Below are positions 37,935 through 51,275 of a DNA stretch of 64,000 nucleotides, piece by piece. The translations under genes and the position numbers were made by a program. The notes beneath the pieces were generated by a model that did not search any database, was not told where the DNA came from, and was given only the letters and a program-made list of their open reading frames with translations. Origin of the DNA: Octopus vulgaris (taxonomy: Eukaryota); the NCBI GenBank assembly GCA_951406725.2, contig OX597827.1:56482001-56546000 (forward strand). The letters are read 5' to 3'. Within the stretch, counting starts at the first letter, position 1; every line of letters begins with the position of its first letter.

Positions 37935-39208
37935 TATCTAATGTAAAGTACTGGAGTACTAAGATTGATGTGGTTGACCAAGTTTGTGTTGTAGAATGGT
38001 TATTGTTAAAGAAAAGAAACTAGCTGAAGAATATAAAAATTATCCCAAAAGAAAGGCCTTTAATGGGTTTTTTCAATATCTGACATAAGAAAAACAGTTG
38101 AATGCTTGATAAAAACATAACATTGAATTTAGTTTTTGTATGTTCTAGGTTCAATCCTGCCAGTGTTGATTTTGCTTTTTCTTCTCCCAGGAACAATGAA
38201 CTAAGTCATGTGTCTGTGCTAGTGTCGACCCAGTCAATTATGGTGGTTTAACATAAATGTAAAAGTCAATATTTGAGGGTTCATGCTTAGTTTCTTAGTA
38301 GCCTAGTATCTGAATGAAATTTATTTGTACTTTAAATTATCATCATTTAACGTCTGTTTTCCACACTAGCATGGGTTGGACGGTTCAACCGGCGTCTGGA
38401 AGCCATGGAGGCTGCACTAGGCTCTAGTCTGATTTAGCAGTGTTTCTACAGCTGGATGACCTTCCTAACGCCAACCACTCCGTGAGTGTAGTGGGTGCTT
38501 TTTACGTGCCACCGGCACAGGGGCCAGAACAGGCTGGCAAACGGCCATGATCGGTTGGTGCTTTTACGTGTCACCGACACGGACGCCAGGGCTGACCAAT
38601 GGCTTGTGAGTGAATTTGGTAAATTATGTGGAAGCCTAAATATATGTTTCTCTGTCCCAACCCTTCACAACTTGTTAACCAGTGTTGGTTTGTTTATGCC
38701 CCCATAAGTTAGCAGTTTGTTAAAACAGACTGATTAGAATAAGTACCAAACAAAATATAAATACTGGGTCGATTTGTTAGATGAAAACCCTTTAAAGTGG
38801 TACCCTAGCATGGTCACAGTCCAGTGACTGAAACAAAAGATAGATTTAGTTGAGATAAAGGTTAGTTGTTACTTTTACATCTCCCACAGTTATATAAGAG
38901 TTATCTCTCTTTGACAATTTACTTGCTATGTGTGGGAAATATTTACATGTGTGTAGATCAGTTTCTTATTTCTTTATTGCCCACAAGGGGCTAAACATAG
39001 AGGGGACAAACAAGGACAGACAAAGGGATTAAGTCGATTATATCGAGCCCAGTGCGTAACTGGTACTTAATTTATCGACCCCGAAAGGATGAAAGGCAAA
39101 GTTGACCTCGGCGGAACTTGAACTCAGAACGTAACAGCAGATGAAATACTGCTAAGCATTTTGTTCGGCGTGCTAACGTTTCTGCCAGCTCGCTGCCTTT
39201 TGCGTAGA

Positions 39209-39440
39209 TCAGTTGTTCTCTCTGGGGTCCATATGACCCCTCGGGTTCCATATAAGATTTTGTTAAAGTTTATGTGCAATAAATTAGTTATACTTCTACA
39301 ATACACAGAATGTTTTAACAATTTTTTAAATGCAATTCTTATAGTATTTAATTATAAAAATATAATAGGTTTTTAGACATTGAATGGTTACAAGGGTCCA
39401 TCCGAGTAAAATAGATATCAAAGGGGTCCGTAGAACCACT
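39209..39440. mobile_element. hAT-like MITE
   Basis: cagttgttctc ... agaaccacta termini and ggggtcc subterminal motifs. Confidence 0.5.
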
Positions 39441-39952
39441 ATTGTATATGCTGCTTGTTTTTCAACTCAAAAACATGCATTACTGAGTGAGGAAGCAAAA
39501 GTAAAGAGAAAGGACTTTAGTTGGAAATAGCAAACACTAAGGTACCTTTATTCTTATTTTTCTTTTATAACAAAAATCAGTTAGTGTGTGTGGTTATCCT
39601 CACCTATGGTCCTGAATGTTGAGTAATGACTGAAAGTTTGTTTAATGAGGGCTGACGTGGGGTTAAGCAACAATAAGAGGAAAACAGAAGCTATAGGTGG
39701 GAAACCAATAAGGGAAAATATTAATTCCTTAGGTATGATACTTATGAACTTCTGTACAAAGATAACAGAAATCAAAAAAAAAAAAAAAAGAAAATTACTG
39801 TTCATCACTGCTTCTCTATCTCTTTATTTTTTTAATTTTTGTTTTGTTCTTTGAATTAGAGAAATTAAGGACAACTAAAACAAAGTTTTAAATCACTGAA
39901 AATATCGAAATAAATTATTTCTATATTTCTGCTATTCTTCAGGTGCAAACAA

Positions 39953-40384
39953 ATGGCGGAAGAGACAAAAATTATCGAACCTTCTAGTGGTGCTGACCAA
40001 ACAGCGTGCAATAAATGTTCACAGGATGGTGAAAGTTCTGTGAAAGACTGTGACCAATGCCAACCAGTGCCAAAGCAATTATCTTCTGATATTGTAAATT
40101 CTCCCTCAGAACCTGATGTGTTGCAGTCATATAAACAGAAAGCATGGTACCAGAAATTTGTAATTGTGCTTGATAGCGAGGATGAGGATGGAAGTGATAA
40201 AGAATGTAGTGATTGTGATAGTGGCTATAATGAATGGAATGAGGAAAATAATGAAAACACCAGTGATAGTAAACCAAATTCTCTTCCTTCTTCAATCGAT
40301 CCCAAAGAACTTGAGGCTTTGGAAGAATTGTTCAAAAACACAGATTGGATGGGTTCTGGATTAAAACAATCTTGTGAACAATAA
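39953..40384 (+). CDS. Uncharacterised acidic 143-aa protein (single coding exon)
   Basis: Acceptor tattcttcag| at 39942 and strong Kozak (caaATGg). Non-repetitive coding-like ORF with three CxxC pairs and VIVLDSEDED. AATAAA at 40646. Confidence 0.7.
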   Translation: MAEETKIIEPSSGADQTACNKCSQDGESSVKDCDQCQPVPKQLSSDIVNSPSEPDVLQSYKQKAWYQKFVIVLDSEDEDGSDKECSDCDSGYNEWNEENNENTSDSKPNSLPSSIDPKELEALEELFKNTDWMGSGLKQSCEQ

Positions 40385-40445
40385 ATATTTCACTGCATTG
40401 GGTTCTACAAATCCATTTCATCAAACAGTATTTTCTTCCTTTACA

Positions 40446-40622
40446 ATGGCCCCAACTGTATATTCTACCAAGAACTCATCTCAGTCCATTCATCACACAG
40501 AAAAAAGAGGCCCTCCTTCCAATTTCCTCACATCTATTACACATGATTTGATTTGGGAGAATGTCTTTCATTCAAGAGAAGAGGAATTTTTTAAAATTTT
40601 AGATAAACTAATTATTCCATGA
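40446..40622 (+). CDS. Possible second small ORF (58 aa) directly downstream of the orphan CDS
   Basis: acaATGg Kozak; MAPTVYSTK...HDLIWENVFHSREEEFFKILDKLIIP*; the frame is open from 40365. Confidence 0.3.
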   Translation: MAPTVYSTKNSSQSIHHTEKRGPPSNFLTSITHDLIWENVFHSREEEFFKILDKLIIP

Positions 40623-43600
40623 AGATATTTTCATTATTCATTCCAAATAAATGTATATAATTTTAAATTTGAACATTGTCTCTGCTAATAATGATGATGG
40701 AAGGTATATAACAAAACTCTAATTTTGAAATGTACAGTAAGCACTGCAGTGCATCACAAAATTGTCAGAATAACTGGTTGTTTTTTTCTAAACAAAATAA
40801 TTTGTGCATATTTAAAACTAACTTGCATTTTAATTATTTTTAAAAAATAAATTCAACATCTAAATCATGGTTTATAAAATTTAGAATCTGATTGAATTTT
40901 GGGTAAACCTGTCTTAATAATCAGCATTAGTTTAACCCTTAAGCATTCAGATTGCTCTGTCAACTGTAATGCTTATTTATTCACATTGTTTTGAATTAAT
41001 CCTGCATTTTCTTGTAGTTTTGAGATTTCAATGATGTGATTGCTTATTTTTAGAGTGATATTGTTGGGTAGGTGTGAGAGGCTGGACCTGGCCAGCTTGG
41101 GGTAGTAGCGTGGCTGAATTAGTACAGTGTTGACCAAAATACCTTGCATTTATATTTTGAGTTCAAATTCCACTGGGGTTGATTTTTACATTCCATACTT
41201 TCAGTGTCGGTCAAATAAAGTACCACTCAAGTACTGGAGTTGATATTATTGGCTACAAATTTGAGGCTTTATACCTATGTTTGAAATCATTAATGCTTTA
41301 AAAGTAATATTTCATCATCATCATTTTACTTTTGTCTTTGTTTTTCCATGCCTGCATGAAGTAGAGCAGTCAGTCATCTTTCTTTAACAAGGTGTCTTGC
41401 CAATTGTTACAGTCCTTTGTGAAGTTCAGCCTCCTATGATCAGCTTTTACCACTTTTTTTTTTGCATCTTCCTTGGTCTTTCTCTTTTGCAGATTTGTTC
41501 CATTACAATTACTGAGCGACTTCAAACTTTTTTTTATTTATAAAGTAAAAAAAAAAAATGCAAAACAAATTTAGTATTCACTTGGTTATGTATTATAATT
41601 CATTTTTTGTTTCCTTTTATTATTGTAGGTTTAGTTATTTTACATTTTTTGTTTTTACATGAAGGGGGTTCAAGTAATCCATTGGGATTAAACAGAGATT
41701 TGGATAAAATCCCTTTTCATCATTATCATAGAATTATCTAGAATACACCGAAACTTAGATATAGGAATTTTCATAGTGTGATCTCAGAGAAATGGTAAGA
41801 GCCGATTCTATCTACTCGCATCAGTTGTTACCTGTCAAGACACTACATCCTTCAAAACCTCCATGCTTCCTGAAATTCACCAACAGTACACATGATGCTC
41901 CCCACCTCAGTTCTTTGTTTTCAAAGATTTATTTACTGTTCACTTTCTGTGTGCTGTTTATGCAGTTTTGGTTCCTTTTTCTAATGTTCCGTAGTGCACC
42001 TGAACACAGTATATGCAATAAGTTTATTATTTTTTTATTTTAAAGATTTAAGTGCTTATTTGGAGATAAAATAACTTTCTTATGTAGGAAGACATTGAAT
42101 TAAATACAGAAAAAAATTACTATTTTTTTGCAGTATCTTTCCTTCCAAAATTGCCTTTAATAATTTAATATCTAACAAAAAAAAAAATTTTTTTGATGCT
42201 TGGCACTACCAATAACTGATTGATGATTGAGTTTGTTTCTAAGTAGTTGTTTGGGCCTCAGTTCACATAACTCTTGGAAATATCAACCAGATCTGATTGA
42301 ATTAGTTACAATTTTTTTCATTGTTCTATGTTAAAGAAGCATCTGTGTGATTGTTGGACATATTAGAAATGGCAATATGTCCCTCCAGTCAAACCCTATT
42401 TTCTTAAAAAGTGGATAGAGACCTTGGTGATAATGTGATTCTTGATACACTATATGTCAATAAAAGATGGGATGGTCATGTCTGGTGCATCTTTGTTTAT
42501 AGGTCTACTTAAACAATGTTGGCCTGGAGATTAATGACAGCATCTGTGTTTTCCTATGCAGTAAGAGTTGTGTAATCTACTATAAAATTAATATTTTAAG
42601 CCTCTGTTGCAAGACTCATCATGTGACCTGTTAACATGAGGCCAAAGAGTTGTTTCTTAAAAGTAATTGGATTGGTAATACCTTTTAACCAGCTATTATT
42701 GCTATTTGTTGTTTAGCTCCATTCTACCCTGACAGAACAGGCTTACACTAAAAAACATTCCAACCATGACCATCATATCTTATTTGGAGTATCTATGTCT
42801 ACATTATCCATATCCTTCCTTGTTTAAGATTGTTGGTGATTTTCCTTTGAAAGAGAGGTAGCTACTGTTTCTAGCAGGTTCAGCCATTAGATCAAACTAG
42901 TCTTTTTCTTTTATGTCAGAGCGTAAGTAAATAAATGCCAAAGGTTTTAGTTTGTGATCTTATATTCTCAGCTCTTGAGTTTTGCCATTAATAAATCTTC
43001 CTCTAGCTAAGCTTTAAACCTTTCCTTGTCTTGTGTATCACATGATATACAGGACATATTCCTCTAGAATCTATGTATCATACTTGACAAACATACCCAA
43101 TTTTTTTCAACCATTAGAGTAACTTGTGTCTTATGAAAGGAAAGCTTTATGAAAACAAGTGTGACCATTTGAGATAAACTTATGAAAATGCTTTGGATAA
43201 ACAACTAGTTAAAATTACTGGGTATATCTGTATCATCTGGTCTTGTTACTACCACCAGAACTAAGAAGGGGTACACAACCCTCAAAAACAATCATAGGGC
43301 ATGTCTTCAATATTGCTTATAATTTCTTCAAAATCTTAAACCTAAGAAACTTTTGATATTCTTATTGTAAGAAATATAACTTTATATATAAACTCACTGA
43401 CTGTGAAGTTAAGATGTTTGATTTCTAACTTCTTGTTGAGGAGTTTAAATAGCCAATGTGATGTACCAGTAGTCAAGGTTTATTACTGTTCATAATTTAT
43501 TTATTTTTTATAACATGTTAATTTTTCACATGTATTGTATATAATATTGTACATCTTGACATTCTGAGTTCAATTACCACCAAGATTGACTTTGTCTTCC

Positions 43601-46600
43601 ATCCTTTCAGGGTGGATAAAATAAGTACCAGTTAGGTACTGGGGTCGATATAATTAACTTACACCCTCCCATGAATTTGCTGGCCTTGTGCCGAGATTTG
43701 AAAGTAATATTGTATCTTTAATTAGTCTTTACAGCACTTGCTAAAGTAGTGATGAGAACCACTATGCTTCACCAATGAGGACTAATAAGACTGAAACATG
43801 CCTGGAGTTATCTACCCCCATGCATACCAAAATGATTAAAATAATATTAGTTTTTGAGCTAATGTCTTTTTCTCATCACATTAAACTTTTAATACTCACA
43901 GTGTTAATACTAATGTAATTATTACTTGCTCAAATTTGATAGGCTAAAAACAAAAAGGAAGAAAGAAAAAACATTTCAATAATCAGTCAAATGATTAATG
44001 GTAGGGATGGTATTTTGCAGTAAAATCATTTGCTCTAACAGAACAATCCCAGAAAGTCAAAGCACAGAATTAAGTACCACTGAGCATTTAGACAAGTAAT
44101 CTACCAATTCTGGAATTTCACTTCGGTTTATATATACAACTAGACTTGGTAGAAATAGCAGGCAAATCCCCCTCAAAACACCCTACTGTCTTAATCCGAC
44201 AATTCTGCTTATTATGTAGTTTTAATGAGAAACTGTAACTAAAGATTAAGATTATTAACCCCACCAAGAGGTGAAAGAAGAGAGACAGCATAGCGAAAGT
44301 TTTGGCTGGCTGTCATCCTGTACTAACCTCGTTGCTAGTGAAATGGTATATGCCGGCTGTGTGAGTAACTGGTTGTTTTGATGGTGGAACAGGAATTCCA
44401 TTAGAAAAAGTTTTAATCGATTTTTTTCGGTATCTACAGGGGCTAGGAAAAAAATACAAACCACATTCCAATCTATGCACCAGTCTCCACATGTGTGCCA
44501 TTTATCACACAAATCCACCCAGCTGTTTGGCTGTGAGCCTCAAGACAAGAAAGAATACAATGACTGCCCATGTCCAATTTATATTAAAGATTATTAATCA
44601 ATGCAGTTGTAATCCTACTTTCAAAATATTGTTTAACGAAAAGAGTTGTTGGGGGTATCCATATCCAGACATAAAAATATGAATGTTGTGTCAAATAAGA
44701 TGTAACCTTCAGAATGTTACCAACCTACTTGAGACTGCTCACAGGCTCTATAATACAAACTTCCTCTTCTATCAAAATTTCATGCTAATTGTATTTTCTA
44801 TGCTAGTTTAATAAAGATTTCAAATTTTGGCATAAGCCCAGCAATTTCAGGTGAAGGGAGTAAGCCAATTACATCGACCCCAGTATCCAACTGGCACTTA
44901 TTTTATTAACCCTGAAAGAATGAAAGAAATAAAGTTGACCTTGGCAGAAATTGAACTCAGAATGTAAAGATGGATGAAATGCTGCTAAGCGTTTTACCCA
45001 CTGTGCTAACAACTCTACCAGTTTGCTGTCTTAATGATAAAATTATGGCAGTTTAATAATGACAATTTTATTTTACTAAATTCTTCATTATTTTCAAAAT
45101 TAATTGAAACAAAAGCAGTGTAATTGAATAGAAATATGGTAACAAAAGATTAATATAAATTCCTTTTCAGTGTTGTTGCTATTGTTCAAGTTAGTTCTAA
45201 CCAAGAAAACTGCAGAATAACTGACAGATTTGTTCTGAATGTGTTGTACCTCTACCCAGTTGATGACTGTAAAGCACACACTAGCATATAACATACAATG
45301 CAGAGAAACAGTCTGGACTCATATTTGTTATTTCTTTATTGCCCACAAGGGGCTACACACAGAGGGGACAAACAAGGACAGACAAATGGATTAAGTCAAT
45401 TATATCGACTCCTGTGCGTAACTGTACCACTGTGCTAACCTTTCTTATTTCCTTACTGCCCACAAGGGGCTACACACAGAGGGGTCTAAAACAAGGATAG
45501 AGAAATGGATTAAGTCAATTATATCGACCCCAGAGTGTAACTGGTACTTATTTAATCGACCCCAAAAGGATGAAAGGCAAAGTTGACCTCGGTGGAATTT
45601 GAACTCAGAATGTAACGGCAGACGAAATACCACTAAGCATTTTGCCTGGCATGCAAACGTGTCTGCCAGCTTGCCGCCTGGACACATATTCTCTCTACTG
45701 CGTAGTCTGTTTCTGAATGTACTTGAAAGTGTTGTCTTGAATGATGGACATTCTCATAAGTTATCACTACAAATTTAAGGTGTTATCAATCTTGTTTTTG
45801 CTGAAAATATAATTAATCATACATCCATGTTTGTAAAAAAAAAAGAAATGTTGATTTTCATACTCTGCAATTTTTGTACTTTAACATCTTAAAGTGTTGG
45901 TGTCTCCTTAAATACAAGGGGGTGCTGAAGGGTTCCTGGTTTTAAAGGTATTGTGAAAAGCCTGGTTGGAGGCCCAACCTTCCAAGTTCTTTTACAGGGC
46001 TAAGCGCAACTGAAGGACCACAGCAATAGGTGTATGAATCTGAGAGGGGAATATGTTGAATAAAATCATAATTTACTGATTCTCCTGTATTTCCTTTTAC
46101 CCAAAGGTAGGGACTTTTCAGCATCCTCTCATATATGAAGCAAGGGCCTGATATATTTATGAAGAAGAAAATGGGATGCTATGAAGCTCATTTTTTTTTT
46201 ATCATAATGCTAAGCTCAGAGTTTAGTCAAAAGCAATCCTTTAGAATTAGATGATAGTTAATCTATGTTAATCTAGCAAACAACAAAGACAAGAGAAACG
46301 ACAGTACAAAATAATTTTATATTTCTGAGATGAGGAATTTATCTTATGTATACTGTTTATATTAATAAGGCTGATGTTCTAACCTTGGTTGTTGCTTGTA
46401 TAAAATGTAAAACAAAATAAAGCAATAGCACTTATTACTTTTAATACAAAATATTCAAAATAACAAAGTCATACACATTTTACAGCCATATTTTATGGTA
46501 TATAGTTTTTTTTAAATTTTGAACATTACAGTTTTTTTTTTATAGCATCAACAATTTATTTTTAAAGAATAAACTACAATTTAAATGGAATATATGGACT

Positions 46601-46662
46601 TTCCCATGGAAGAAAGCTATTGGTCATGATTCCTTGTTGTTGCTGTTATTATTTGGTACCCA

Positions 46663-46701
46663 TTAAAGGTATTCCTCTGGAGTACATTTAAAAAACTGCA
46701 A
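46663..46701 (-). CDS. Pif/LamG3-like probable terminal coding exon (LQFFKCTPEEYL*)
   Basis: tctgtttag| acceptor in phase 0 completes GFIDD-LQFFKC, as expected at the end of a LamG domain. Confidence 0.75.
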   Translation of the reverse strand: MQFFKCTPEEYL

Positions 46702-48042
46702 CTAAACAGAAAGCATCAAATGATAAGATATCAAAACAATTAACATAATTTATGCAAATGTATGAAAAAAAATGACAGCAATTTTAAAAACATAGAAATT
46801 GAATAATGTTCCAAAATGCATTAAGTTGTTGGTAGGTACACTCTTTTACTTGTTTCAGTCATTTGACTGTGGCCATGCTGGAGCACCACCTTTAGTCGAG
46901 CAAACAGACCCCAGGACTTATTCTTTGTAAGCCTAGTACTTATTCTATTGGTCTCTTTTGCCAAACCGCTAAGTTATGGGGACGTAAATGCACCAGCATC
47001 GGTTGTCAAGCAATGCTGGGGGGACAAATACAGACACAAACACACACATACACACATATATATATATACATGTACATATATATGATGGGCTTCTTTCAGT
47101 TTCCATCTACCAAATCCACTCACAAGGCTTTGGTCGGCCCAAGGCTATAGTAGAAGACACTTGCCCAAGGTACCACGCAGTGGGACTGAATCCAGAACCA
47201 TGTGGTTGGTAAGCAAGCTACTTACCACACAGCCACTCCTGCACCTATTTAAAACTTATTGAATGAGGCGTTTCTGTGTAGACCAAATAAAATTTTTTTT
47301 TGTCTTTTGTCAGTAAATGTTATTTCCTATTTGCTTTTATCTAGAAATCAAAGGAAATTACTATTATTTCCTTCAAACTTTGCTTTTGTGACCTGGATAT
47401 CAATATTTTGAAACTGACCTAATTTTGCATTATACTTCAGACAGATTCAGCACTGAGTTGCTGAAGCAGAAATATCGTTATAGCAAATATTCTGCTCAGT
47501 AACTACAGATTTACCTGTCAGTTGCTTGACCTTAACCACTAATGCATGTCCCCTCAGTGGCTGACAATATGTGCATCTCTGATCATGCACAGGAATAGTG
47601 GGAAGCATCATAGCCATGTGTTTTGAGAGGACTCCTCAACTTCTTATTAAAAACAATCTACATGGATGATTTGTTTTATATTGATCAAATGTTTGTGCTG
47701 TACATTAATTCACTTCCCTCTATCAAATTGACATTGCCTTTACAAGTGCTTGACGTGCCACATGTCAAATGTTGAAGTGACTGCAGAGCAATGTGAGATG
47801 AAGTGTTTTTCTCAAGAACACAATGCACCACCTGGTCCAGAAATTGAAACTATGATCTTGCAAATAGGACATATATATATATATATATTGATAGCCCATC
47901 GCTCTAACCACTAAGCCATGTACCTTCACTATATATATATATATATATATATCTCAAATAAAGTAGGTACTGTATTACAGTACCTATCTGGTATATACAG
48001 GCGCTGACACTTATCAAGTATTCACCCTAAATTTACAGTACC

Positions 48043-48084
<42 letters not shown>

Positions 48085-48088
<4 letters not shown>

Positions 48089-48353
48089 AGAATAAGATCA
48101 TTAATTTAAATATCAATCTTATCAAGTGGCCAGCATGGGAATAAAAACCTTCAAAGGTAATAATTATTATCAAAATTATAATTTAGGGTATCTAAGAGAT
48201 ACCACCACGCTGATAATAGCAGTCAAAACCTGACTCTAAAACCACATTAAAATGTTCATACAGCATCAGGAGCTGTATGAACATTTTAATGTGGTTTTAG
48301 AGTCAGGTTTTGACTGCTATTTTCAGCGTGGTGGTATCTCTTATATACCCTAA

Positions 48354-48361
<8 letters not shown>
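48085..48361. mobile_element. (TA)n-embedded element ending in a 90-bp near-perfect hairpin
   Basis: 48175-48264 vs 48272-48361, 2 mismatches, 7-nt loop, flanked by (TA)n. Confidence 0.8.
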
Positions 48362-48401
<40 letters not shown>

Positions 48402-49029
48402 GAAGAAGTAAATGGTATAGTTATCCACTTTATACAGCATAACTAATTAGCGCTCTAATAGAGCTTCAGGAATATAAACTTAAGAAAGAGAGAAACAAAT
48501 TTCAAAGGTCGGTATTCATATTTGTTCAATCCATTTCAAATTTTCGAAATTCTCAACAATATACATAGATGCGTTCACATATATGAGGCATGGTAAAAAT
48601 TCATAAGCATTTATAAATATATAAATATACACAGATTTATAAATATATAAAAATTCATAAATATATAAAAATTTATAAATATATAAAAATTTATAAACAT
48701 ACATAAATATAAATACATAGATGTACTTGCGAGGTTGAATGTTTGTGTTAGGATCAATGAGAAAGTTAGAATAAAATGATTTGAGAGGAATCTTGGATGA
48801 GTGCCAAGTCTGATGGCTGTTTCAGGACGATGTAGGTTGGTATGGGTGAGCTAACTCCAACCATAGCAATTATCTATACTTCTCTCATCAGAGTTAAAAG
48901 ATTTAAAGAGTTGTTAAAATATTAAGAGAATGAAAGGTTTGAGAATTTAAAAAAAAGTTACCTTTGTTGGACCATACTGTTCAAGCGAATGATATAATTA
49001 GAATTATATATATATAAATATATATACTA

Positions 49030-49292
49030 CTAATATAGGATAAAATTTTTTTCAGAAAAAATTTCATCAAAAGTGGCAGCATATTAAAATACCTTTAAAG
49101 GTTAAAATTATAAACAACTTATAAATAAGGGCAAAAGGAAAATTATTTCTATGCCAATATGCTGAGAGCAGACTTTAAATCATCAATTTCCACATTTCAT
49201 TATACATTCACTCTAAGTTCTTATAGTGAATGTATAATGAAATGTGGAAATTGACGATTTTTCTTTTGCCCTTATTTATAAGTTGTTTATAA
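49030..49292. mobile_element. (TA)n-embedded hairpin element related to the one at 48085
   Basis: Outer arms 49108-49143/49257-49292, inner arms 49177-49212/49225-49260; head similar to 48110-48165. Confidence 0.75.
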
Positions 49293-49514
49293 ATAAATAT
49301 ATATATACCAAATCAGGAGATTGGAAAAAATTTTTGGTATAATCTATTCACCATTACATATGTTTTGTTTGCAAATAGGAATTACAAAATTGCAAACGTA
49401 GGAAAAATATGTAAGATATCTCCTATTAGAAATTCTTCAGGGAATCAAACCCTAGCTATTATACATAATGAATGAGTGAGTGTGTATGTGTATGTATGTA
49501 TGTGTGTGTGTGTT

Positions 49515-49962
49515 GGCATCCGTTGCTAGTGGAGCGCTAAGTGTACCATACGAGTGAGATCGTTGCCAGAGCAACAAGCTGGCCTTCTTGCCGATGGCAC
49601 GTTAAGCACACCATTCAAGTGTGATCGTTACCGCGTTGCCTTACTAGCACTTGTGCTGGTGGCATGTGAAATATTCGAGCGAGGTCGTCGCCAGTGCCGC
49701 TGGACTGGCTCCTGTGCAGGTGGCACATAAAAAGCATCATTTGGGCGTGGCCGTTGCCAGTTCCACCAAACTGGCCCTCGTGCTGTTGGCACGTAAAAGC
49801 ACCCACTGCACTCTCGGAGTGGTTGGCATTAGGAAGGGCATCCAGCTGTAGAAGCTCTGCCAGATCAGATTGGAGTCTGGTTCGCCAGACCTCAGTCAAA
49901 TCGTCCAACCCTTGCTAGCATGGAAAGTGGACATTAAATGATGATGATGATGATGATGATGA
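49515..49962 (+). mobile_element. SINE/LINE-tail family C ending in (ATG)n (RTE-type tail)
   Basis: gttggcattaggaagggcatccagctgtag...gctagcatggaaag...aaatgatgatgatg. Other copies at ~2572-2960(-), 24785-24985(-), 36330-36590(+), 38338-38590(-). Confidence 0.8.
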
Positions 49963-50764
49963 TATACACACACATCCATTTACATATATATGTATATGTG
50001 GATATGTTAAGTATGTGTGCATGTATATCTATGCATGTATGTATAGTCAATATAACTCATGAGACTAGCACTAAAAACATGTAAAGGCTTTATCTTCCAT
50101 GTCCCCATTTTTAAAAATAATTTTTTGATAATTTAATTACTGTTGTCTTTCCCTCTAATGCACTCATTATCTTCTCTTCTTGCAACGTGTATTTACTTAA
50201 AATATATCTTTTTGAACTTGATATTTGATCACCAATGTTGCAAATGACTGCACTTGATTGCAGCACAACTATTGTTCTCGTAACACTTCAATAAGACTTG
50301 AACTTACTTCACAGATGTCACACTTTCTCTCATTATCTCACTTTTGTTCTTTCTAATTTCTCTCTCTGTATATCAATATTCACTCATCATCATCACCATC
50401 TCACATTCTCTCTCATTCCTTCTGCAATCTTTCTCTTCTTTTTTACTTTTTTTTCTGTCGTTCATTTATTTTCTGTTTTTTTTTTATTTAAAATTTTTTT
50501 TCCCTTTACTGTTTTTCGCTCCATTTACTCTTTTCATAATTTCCCCATTATCTTTTTCCATATGCATATCATTGTTTATAACAAATATAATTGCTATTGA
50601 TAGTCTATTGACATTCCTAAGACAGGTATATTACAATAAAAAAAAAATATGGACAAGGAGATATTTCATGAAGCAAAAAAAACCAAAAAACTATACAAAG
50701 TAACAAAATCAAAAACAAAATAAAACTATAACAAATTCAAACATACATGCATGTACATGCACAC

Positions 50765-50783
50765 ACAAACAGAAGTGTGTATG

Positions 50784-50856
<73 letters not shown>

Positions 50857-50925
50857 CTCTCTATCTCTCTCTCTCTCTATATATATATGTATGTATATAT
50901 ATATATACACATATATATATGTATG

Positions 50926-50997
<72 letters not shown>

Positions 50998-51029
50998 ATA
51001 TATCTCTCTCTCTATATATATATATATGT

Positions 51030-51063
<34 letters not shown>

Positions 51064-51094
51064 GTATATATATATATATATGTATGTATGTATG

Positions 51095-51125
<31 letters not shown>

Positions 51126-51131
51126 GTATGT

Positions 51132-51165
<34 letters not shown>

Positions 51166-51275
51166 GTATGTATATATATATATATATGTATGTATGTATG
51201 TATGTATATATATATATATATATGTATGTATATATATATATGTATGTATGTATGTATATATATATACACACATAT
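50765..51275. repeat. Large compound (TA)n/(TATG)n microsatellite
   Basis: Direct inspection; it accounts for the YI-repeat ORFs. Confidence 0.97.

Noticed and set aside
48435-48478. Minus-strand CUGAAG-cucu/agag-...-CUAAUUAG-UU hammerhead-like remnant
   Set aside because: It needs deletions in both core boxes; too degenerate to call without a consensus.
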